A stretch of DNA of 64,000 nt from the human T2T-CHM13v2.0 reference genome, Homo sapiens, in assembly GCF_009914755.1 (NCBI RefSeq), contig NC_060938.1, one strand, 5' to 3'. Numbering within the stretch: the stretch's first letter is position 1; every line of letters starts with the position of its first letter. The notes beneath the pieces are model-generated. The model saw only the letters and a program-made list of their open reading frames with translations, did no database searches and was not told where the DNA came from. Of the stretch, positions 48,755-64,000 are shown piece by piece. Made by a program: the position numbers and the translations under genes.

Positions 48755-49259
48755 TGTGAAGGATCTAAGATTTCATCCTATTTGTAAACGAACCTATTAA
48801 CCTTCCATTTTCATGGATGCTGGTAGAAGGCATGAGACACTGAAGTATGAAAAAAAAAACTACTATTTACTGTCTACCTGGAGGCAAAAGCCTCATTTTT
48901 GTATTAGTTCTCCTTGTCCATACTACATTTTTTAGAGGGATTTCAAAAGGCTCAGATGGACATTGCACATGGGGAAGATTCGTGTCACAGCTGAGCAGAC
49001 TCAAGACTAAGAAACCTCAATCTTCTTAAAGTAGGTTACATGCAAACCTGTCCAACCTTTGCCTCACAGAGAAAAATTGTCTTTATTATATTGATTGAGT
49101 AATTTATCTGCCATTCACCTGAAGAGAAAAACTACTACCCTTTTTCCAGGTTATTTGTGTACAAAAATCTTTGAAAAATAGCCTGGAACAGGACAGGTAT
49201 GTGATGTAAGACACAACAAAATGACAAACTCTAAGAGACTTTTATAGAACTACATCTCA
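48755..49259 (-). mobile_element. Old ERVL-type solo LTR (MER54/LTR53/MER73 group, tentative)
   Basis: ~505 bp bounded by TG...CA on the minus strand. Minus-strand motifs ttccaggctatttttcaaag, tataataaagac, ggcaaaggttggacaggtttgc and ctcagctgtgacac resemble my recollection of this group. No TSD recognised. Confidence 0.5.
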
Positions 49260-49372
49260 GTAGCATGCATCTTTTCCATAAAATGTTGCACTAAACAATC
49301 CTGTGATGAAAAAAAATCCATTGAAGATTTTTGACATGAAGACTAACTTTTGTTGTTTTGTGTTGTGGGATT

Positions 49373-49576
49373 GTTCAAGTGATTCTCCTGTGTCAGCCTC
49401 CAAAGTAGCTGGAGTACAGGCTCCCACTACCACACTCAGCTTATTTTTCTATTTTTAGTAGAGGCGGGGTTTTACCATGTTAGTCAGGGTGGTCTCGAAC
49501 TCCTGATCTCAGGTGGTCCGCCTGCCTTGGCCTCACAAAGTGCTAGGAATATAGGCATGAGCCACCATGCCCGGCC
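49373..49576 (-). mobile_element. AluS-type element lacking the 3' part of the right arm
   Basis: gttcaagtgattctcctg...tatttttagtagag...ctcctgatctcaggtg...gagccaccatgcccggcc. Confidence 0.9.
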
Positions 49577-49809
49577 CCAGGAATGAAAGTTCTATGTGTG
49601 CAGTAATGTAATTCTGACTGATAAATGACAGGTGACAGTAAGTGAAAATCTAACACAATTCAACCTTTTTACATATTTAGACATATTGTAATTGGTTAGC
49701 TTATTGGAAAAAGTTAAATGACTACCAGTTTATATGGCATATTTATTCTGAATTAATTGCTAATCTAGATTTGAGAGATGAAATAATTATTTTTACAACA
49801 CAGAAACAT

Positions 49810-50500
49810 AAAGTGCATTTCCATATACCAACAATGAACAATTTGACAGTAAATTAATAAAACAATTGTTTGCAACAACATTAAAATAATATAATTCTTA
49901 GAAATAAATTTAATAAGAAGGTACATATTTTGTACAATAAAAAATACAGGATCAGAATATTTATGAAAAAAACTAAAAAGGAGTTAAATAACTGGCAACA
50001 AATTCCATGTTCCTGAACCGGAAGACTTAATGAAGTTCAGATGACAATACTACTACCCAAAGTAGTGTACAGATGTACTGTAATCCCAATTTTTAATTTT
50101 TCCAACTTTTCTTTTGCAAAAACAAAATAATTCATTTAAAACTTCATATGGAATTTGAAAATCCTCTGAATGTACAGAATAATCTTGAAAGGAAGAACAA
50201 AATTAGATGGCTCACAATTTTAAATTTGAAAACATACAAAGCTACTATAATTATAACAGTTTGCTAGTGGCATAAGAACAATTGTAGAGATCAAATAAAT
50301 AAAATATATAATCAAAAAAACCCTTGCATAAATTATTGATTGTCTTTTGACAAGGGTGCCTTAATCATTATCTAAAGAAAAGGACAGTTTGTTCCACAAT
50401 AAATGCTGGGAAAACAAGTCCACATTGAAACCAGTAAAGTTGAATCTTTATCACATTCCAAGTACAAAAATTAAATAAAAATAGATTAAAGACATAAGTG
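49810..50500 (+). mobile_element. Ancient L1M-type ORF2 fragment, highly degenerate
   Basis: Colinear ORF2 remnants: gcatttccatataccaacaatgaac, attccatgttc...ggaagacttaat, ttcatatggaa, aagaacaaa, ttttgacaaggg, aaatgctgggaaaac, agattaaagac. Confidence 0.7.
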
Positions 50501-50892
50501 TTCAACATTAGTGGTTTCTAATGGTTGTTTTCATTTATGTGGGGTCAGTACTAACATGAACACCTTTATACACACAAACTAGAAAACTGTAAAGAAATGG
50601 ATACATTACTAGATATACACACTCTCCCAAGATTAAGCCAGGAAGACAATTATTTCCTGAATGGACCAATAAAAAGCTCTGATATTATATAGGTAATAAG
50701 TAGCTTGCCAATCAAAAAAATAAAAGCCCTGGACTTTATGGATTTACAGCCAAATTCTACCAAATGTACAAGGAAGAGCTGGTACAATTCCTACAGAAAC
50801 TATCCCCAAAAATTGAGGAGGACGGTCTCCTCCCCAACTCATTCTATAAGGACAGCATGATCTTGACACCAAAACCTGGCAGAGACACAACA

Positions 50893-51075
50893 AAAACACA
50901 AAATTAACCGGGCTTGGTAGCAGACACCTGTAGTCCCAGCTACTTGGGAGGCTGAGGCAGGAGAATGACATGAACCCAGGAGGCGGAGCTTGCATTAAGC
51001 AGAGATTGCACCAGTGCACTCCAGCCTGGGCAACAGAGGGAGACTCCATCAAAAAAAAAAAAGAAAGAAAGAAAA
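50893..51075 (+). mobile_element. 5'-truncated AluY-like right arm inserted in the older L1
   Basis: aaattaaccggg...gagaatgacatgaacccaggaggcggagcttgca (AluY-type), poly(A)/(GAAA)n tail. L1 resumes at aaaagaaaacttcaggcc. Confidence 0.85.
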
Positions 51076-51964
51076 GAAAACTTCAGGCCAATATTCTTCA
51101 CAAACATCAATACAAAAGTTCTCAGAAAAATATTTGTAAACCAAATCCAGCAGCACATCAAACAGGTAATCCGTCATTATCAAGTAGGCTGCCTCCTTAG
51201 GATGCAAGGTTGGCCCAGCATGTGCAAATCAATAAATGTAATACATCACATAAACAGAACTAAATACAAAAAACAGACGATTATCCCAATAGATGCAGAA
51301 AGTAATAAAAGCCGTGTATAAAAAACCCACAGCCAACAATCTGTTGAATGGGCAAAGTTGGGAGCTTTTTTTCTGAAAACCAGCACAAGGCAAGAATGCC
51401 CTCTCTCACCATTTCTATTCAACATAGTATTGAAAGTCCTGACCAGAGCAATCAGGCTAGAGAAAGAAATACAAAAAGCATCCAAATAGGAAGAGAGAAA
51501 GCCAAACTATTTCTGTTTGCAAATAACATAATTCTATATCTAGAAAACCCTGTAGTTTCAGGTACAAAGCTTCTTTAGTTAACAAACAACTTCAGCGAAT
51601 TTTCAAGATACTAAATCAATGTGCAAAGATCACTAACATTTCTCTACACCAATGATAACCACACTGACAGCAAAATCAGAAAGGCCATCCCATTCACAAT
51701 TGCCACAAAAATGATAAAATACCTGGAAATGCAGCTCACCAGGGAGGTGAAAGAGCTCTACAGTGAGAATTACAAAACACTGCTCAAATAAATCAGAGAA
51801 GACACAAACAAATGGAAAACCACCTCATGCTCATGGATAGGAAGATCCAATATAACTAAAATGGCTATACTTCACAAAGCAATTGACAGATTTAATGCTA
51901 TTTCCATCAAACTGCCAATAAAAATTTTTACAGAGCTAGAAAAAACTATTTTAAAATTCCTATA

Positions 51965-52246
51965 GGCTGGGTGCAGTGGCTCACGCCTGTAATCCCAGCA
52001 CTCTGGGAGGCCGAGGGCTGCAGATCATGAGGTCAGGAGATCGAGACCATCCTGGCCAACATGGTGAAACTCCTTCTCAACTAATTTTTTAATAGCTGGG
52101 TGTAGTGGCAAGCGCTTGTAATCCCAGCTACTCGGGAGGCTGAGGCAGGAGAATCCATTGAACCAGGTAGTCAGAGGTTGCAGTGAGCTGAGATTGCACC
52201 ACTGCACTCCAGCCTGATGACAGAGTGACATTCCATCAAAAAAAAA
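51965..52246 (+). mobile_element. Full-length AluSc-like element inserted in the older L1
   Basis: gatcatgaggtcaggagatcgagaccatcctggccaac and agcctgatgacagag. Inserted at TT/AAAA with a degenerate TSD (aaaattcctata / aaaattatata). Confidence 0.88.
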
Positions 52247-53027
52247 TTATATATATGAAACCAAAAAGGAGCACACATAGTCAAGGCAATCCTAAGCAAA
52301 AAAGAACAAAGCTGCAGGCATCAGGTTGCCTGGCTTCAAATTACACTACAGGGCTATAGTAACGAAAACAGCATAATATTGATAAAAACAGACACATAGA
52401 CAAATGGAGCAGAATAGAGAGCCCAGAAACAAGGCTGCACATCTATGCCATGTGATAATTGACAAGGCTGACAAAAACAAGCAATGAGAAAAAGATTATT
52501 TATTCAATAAGTGGTGCTGGAATAATTGGCTGGCAACATGTGGAAGATTGAAGCTGGACCCCTTATTTACATCATATACAAAAAAAAATCAACTCAAGAC
52601 TGATTGAAGACTTAAATATAAAATCTTTATGTATAAAAACCATGAAAGACAATCCAGGCAATACCATCCTGGATATAGGAATGGGCAAAGATTTCATGAT
52701 AGAAAGACCAAAAGCAACAGCAAGAAAAGCAAAAATTAACAAGTAGGATTTAATTAAAGTAAAGAGATTTTGCATAGCAGAAAAAAAAAACTATTAACAG
52801 AGTAAACAGAAAACCTATGGAGTGGAAAAAAAAATATTTGTAAACTATCCATCTAACAAAGGTCTAATATCTAGCATCTATAAGGAACTTAAATTTACAA
52901 AAGAAAAACAACCCCATTAAAAAGTGGGCAAAGACATGAACGGACAGTTTTCGAAAGAAGACATACATGAGGCCAACAAGTGTATGAGAAAAAGCTCAGA
53001 ATCAATGATAGTTAGAGAAATGAAAAT

Positions 53028-53228
53028 TAAGTGATCCTTGTGCCTCAGTCTCCCAAATAGCTGGGACTACAAGCAAGCACCACAATGCCCAGCTAATTTT
53101 TGAATTTTTAGTAGAGATGGGGTTTTGCCATGTTTCCATGGCTGGTCTCGAACTCCTGAGCTTAAGTGATCTGCCTGCCTCAGCCTCCCAAAGTTTTGGG
53201 ATTACAAGTGTGAACCACCATGCCTGGA
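53028..53228 (-). mobile_element. AluJ-like element lacking its 3' end and tail, fused to the older L1
   Basis: aagtgatccttgtgcctcag...tttttagtagagatgggg...ctcctgagcttaagtgat...ccaccatgcctgg. Confidence 0.85.
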
Positions 53229-53309
53229 CTCCATTATTCAATCTAAGAACTGCATGCAGAAATGTGTTCAGGTTTTAAAATTTTATTCACTTCTGCACTG
53301 ATACTTTCA

Positions 53310-53443
53310 AACCAAATTTTATAGCAGCATCATTTACAGTAAAAAATTTAAAAAGAAATCCAGATATCTTCTAAGAGTCAAACAGATGAAGAAAATATGG
53401 TATATACACACAACAGAATATTATTTATCCTTAAAATGAATGT
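53310..53443 (+). mobile_element. Ancient L1M fragment (end of ORF2)
   Basis: tttatagcagcatcatttacagt...gaagaaaatatggtatatacacacaacagaatattatttatccttaaaa follows the L1 ORF2 3' pattern. Confidence 0.6.
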
Positions 53444-54459
53444 GGGGGGGAGGAGCCAAGAAGGCCGAATAGGAACAGCTCCGCTCTACAGCTCCCAGTG
53501 TGAGTGACGCAGAAGACGGGTGATTTCTGCATTTCCAACTGAGTTACCAGGTTCAACTCACTGGGGAGTGCCAGACAGTGGGTGCAGTGCACCGTGCATG
53601 AGCCGAAGCAGGGCAAGGCATTGCCTCACCAGCGAAGTGCAAGGGGTCAGGGAATTCCCTTTCCTAGTCAAAGAAAGTGGTGACAGATGGCATCTGGAAA
53701 ATCGGGTCACTCCCAACCTAACACTGTGCTTTTCCAACAGGCTTAAAAAATGTCACACCAGGAGATTATATCCTGCACCTGGCTCAGAGAGTCCTACGTC
53801 CACGGAGCCTCACTCATTGCTACCACAGCAGTCTAAGATCAAACTGCAAAGTGGCAGTGAGGCTGGGGGAGGGATGCCCGCCATTGCTAAGGCATGAGTA
53901 CGTAAACAAAGTGGCCAGGAAGCGGGAACTGGGTGGAGGCCACCACAGCTCAAGGAGGCCTGCCTGCCTCTGTAGGCTCCACCTCTGGGGGCAGGGCACA
54001 GACAAACAAAAAGACAGCAGTAACCGCTGCAGACTTAAATATCCCTCTCTGACAGCTTTGAAGAGTGTAGTGGTTCTCCCAGCTTGCAGCTTGAGATCTG
54101 AGAATGGACAGACTGCCTCCTCAAGTGGGTCCCTGACTCCTGAGTAGCCTAACTGGGAGGCACCCCCAAGTATGGTTGGACTGAAACCTCACACAGCCTG
54201 GTACTCTTTTGAGACAAAATTTCCAGAGGAACAATCAGGCAGCAGCATCTGCAGTTCACCAATATCTGCTGTTCTGCAGTGAGCGCTGCTGATAAGCAGG
54301 CAAACAGGGTCTGGAATGGACCTCCAGTAAACTCCAACAGACCTGCAGCTGAGGGTCCCAACTGTTAGAAGGAAAACTAATAAAGAGAAAGGACATTCAC
54401 ACCAAAAACCCATCTGTACATAACCATCATCAAAGCCCAAGTTAGATAAAACCACAAAG
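53444..54459 (+). promoter_or_regulatory. L1 5'UTR internal promoter (CpG-decayed, YY1 motif mutated, extra ~128-bp segment retained)
   Basis: 1,016-bp UTR. caagaaggcc replaces caagatggcc. The segment at ~54206-54333 is absent from the L1HS-type UTR as I recall it. Confidence 0.85.
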
Positions 54460-55374
54460 ATGGGAAACAAATAGAGCAGAAAAACTGGAAACTCTAAACT
54501 TCAGAGCACCTCTCCGCCTCCAAAGGAACACAGCTCCTTACCAGCAATGGAACAAAGCTGGATGGAGAATGACTTCGATGAGTGGAGACAAGAAGGCTTC
54601 AGATGATCAAACTTCTCTGAGCTACAGGAGGAGATTCGAACCAATGGCAAAGAAGATAAAAACTTTGAAAAAAAAATAGATGAATGGATCACTAGAATAA
54701 CCAATGCAGAGAAGTCCCTAAAGGACCTGATGGAGCTGAAAACCAAGGCATGAGAACTACGTGATGAATGCAGAAGCCTCAGTAGCCGATGCGATCAACT
54801 GGAAGAAAGGGTATCAGTGATGGAAGACAAAAGGAATGAAATGAAGCGAGAAGAGAAGTTTAGCAGAAAAGAATAAAAAGAAATGAACAGAGCCTCCAAG
54901 AAATACGGGACTATGTAAAAAGACCAAATCTATGTCTGATTGGTGTACCTGAAAGTGACGGGTAGAATGGAACCAAATTGGAAAACACTCTGCAGGATAT
55001 TATCCAGGAGAACTTCCCCAATCTAGCAAGACAGGCCAACATTCAAATTCAGAAAATACATAGAAGGCCACAAACGTACTCCTCGAGAATAGCAACTCCA
55101 AGACACATAATTGTCAGATTCACCAAAGTTGACATGAATGAAAAAATGTTAAGGGCAGCCTGAGAGAAAGGTTGGGTGACCCACAAAGGGAAGCCCATCA
55201 GACTAACATCTGGGGGCCAATATTCAACATTCTTAAAGAAAAGAATTTTCAACCCAGAATTTCATTTCCAGCCAAACTAAGCTTCATAAATGAAGTAGAA
55301 ATAAAATACTTTACAGACACGCAAATGGTGAGAGATTTTGTCTCCAACAGGTCTGCCCTAAAAGAGCTCCTTAA
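53444..55374 (+). mobile_element. 5' part (5'UTR and most of ORF1) of a full-length L1PA4-like element
   Basis: Canonical start gggggggaggagccaag...gaataggaacagctcc. ORF1 ATG at 54460. ORF1 peptide ENTLQDIIQENFPNLARQANIQIQ. Premature stops and a ~38-bp deletion near 55209. Confidence 0.95.
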
Positions 55375-58345
<2,971 letters not shown>

Positions 58346-58610
58346 GATGAGAAATAACCTGTAGTTATATGACTTAAGTTTAGAGTGAGTTTTATTTTTT
58401 GCTCTGCTTGATAAGTATTAGGATAATGCAAGTGTATACTATTCAGTTTAAATAGATAAAGAATTATTTAATCATAGCTTCAACGGATGAATGTTCTTTT
58501 TGTTCATCTGAATAACTAAAAATAATATTGCTAGTGTAAAATCACTCTCATATTGCTTTGATTTTTAAGGTCAACCTCGTTTAAATAAAAAGAAAAACAA
58601 TGTTAAAAAA
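58346..58610 (+). other. L1 3'-transduced non-L1 sequence (~260 bp) with AATAAA and a second poly(A)
   Basis: AT-rich non-L1 DNA between the L1 tail and the A-run at 58605-58614. AATAAA at 58584-58589. Enclosed by TSD AAAAGAGCTCCTTAA (55360-55374 and 58611-58625). Confidence 0.9.
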
Positions 58611-62820
<4,210 letters not shown>

Positions 62821-63830
62821 AGAGAGGAAGTAAGCCATGCTGATTCCTGATGAGAAAGCATTCCAAGCAAAGGGGACCACACATGCAAAGGCCCTGATGC
62901 AGAAGCACAACTGCCTGGTGTCTTTGAAGATTGAAAAATAGAGGGGAGACTGACTGGACTAGACATCAGAGAAGTGTCAGGGGACAAGATGGTTTAAAAC
63001 ATTCCTAGCCATGGAAGGCTTTAAGCAGATGAAAACATTATTTGCCTTATGCTTTGAAAAGACTTACTCTGGATCACCTGAGGTCAGGAGTTTGAGACCT
63101 GCCTGGCCAACATGGCAAAACCCCATCTCTATTAAAAACACAAAAATTAGCAAGGCTTGGTTGTGCATGCCTGTAGTCCCAGCTACTTGGGAGGCTGAGG
63201 CAGGAGAATCACTTGAACCCAGGAGTTAGAGGTTGTAGTGAACCCAGATTCCACCACTGCACTCCAGCCTGGGCGACAGAGGAGACTCCGTCTCAAAAAA
63301 AAAATAAATAAATAAATAAGGACTTACTCTGGTTGCTCAGTGAAGAAAAAAGTACAGGGAGAAAGAGAAAGTGGGAGAGGAGTTGGGAGGCTATTTCCAT
63401 AATCCATGAAAGCAATGACGTAAAGTGAAGCAGGGTGTACATAATGGGTGTGGCAAGGGAAGCTCAGATTCTTAATACAGTTCAACAGTGTATGCCGATA
63501 TGAGGTGTAAGAAACAAAGAGGGGTCAAGACAAGTTTTCTGGCCTAATGGCTGGTACACTGGAAGTGCTATTTACTGAGACGGAGACGACTGAGGAGTGT
63601 TGGGCCCAGGGGTTGAAGGTGGAGGATCAAGAATTCCCTTATGGATGTGTGGTAGTTGAGTTGTCTATTAGTCTTCCAAGTGGTGATAATCGGCAGATAA
63701 TTAGATATGAGTCTAAATTTTAGAGGAGAGGTAGGAGCTGGAAATATGTGTTCATGGACCACGCACATATACATGGAATTTAATGCCATTGGGCTTCATG
63801 AGATCACAGAGGCAGGAGTGCACCAAGAAA
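62821..63830 (-). mobile_element. LINE-2 fragment interrupted by an Alu
   Basis: agcattccaagcaaaggggaccacacatgcaaaggccctg, ggaggctatt...aatcca, ccaagtgg...ggcagataattagatatgagtct and ggagaggtaggagctgga are typical antisense L2 motifs. Confidence 0.75.
63071..63320 (+). mobile_element. 5'-truncated AluS (Sx/Sz-like) with TSD
   Basis: Begins ggatcacctgaggtcaggag; tail A(n)(TAAA)n; exact TSD gacttactctgg at 63061-63072 and 63321-63332. Confidence 0.93.
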
Positions 63831-64000
63831 AACGGTTGAGAATGGTTAAAAGGTAAATGTTCCTTCTACATTTTGAATTTATAGAAATAATGACACAGTA
63901 GCCAGTTGCTGAAACGCTACCCAGTTCAGAGTAAAACAAATTTCCTATTTTATCAAATCATTGAATGCCATTTAAAATTCATAATACTTACAGAGATCCC

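Larger units (their letters stand above)
50509..53029 (+). mobile_element. Older primate L1 (roughly L1PA8-PA13/L1PB age) ORF2 segment with a ~48-bp 5' inversion; interrupted by two Alus; 3' end missing
   Basis: Colinear degenerate ORF2 from atgaacacc (50556) to agagaaatgaaaattaa (~53030). Older-type variants aaaattgaggagga and gaagattgaagctggaccc. 50509-50557 is antisense L1. Confidence 0.85.

Overview
Primate (human-like) pericentromeric edge with no host protein-coding gene. About 1.45-48.4 kb is diverged 171-bp alpha satellite. All monomers I read are A-type (pJ-alpha motif), and I saw no CENP-B boxes. The satellite forms at least four sequence-distinct layers, one of them dimeric, has a strand switch at ~4,020, and is interrupted by young L1PA2/PA3-like insertions. 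At ~48,443 it stops abruptly and arm-type DNA follows: an ERVL-type solo LTR, ancient L1M, an older L1P, Alus, a full-length L1PA4-like element and L2. I found no evidence of a new protein-coding system; the notable signals are structural. (1) An L1 nested in ORF1 of a full-length L1 carries a ~260-bp 3' transduction, its own AATAAA and second poly(A), and an exact 15-bp TSD. (2) Two oppositely oriented L1 3' ends 16 kb apart share a ~90-bp tract of non-consensus variants (candidate gene conversion). (3) Three, probably four, L1s have twin-primed 5' inversions, from ~17 nt to 2.8 kb. (4) Relic multi-monomer duplications sit inside 'monomeric' satellite. Subfamily names come from recalled consensus features and need RepeatMasker/HMM confirmation; coordinates were read by eye.
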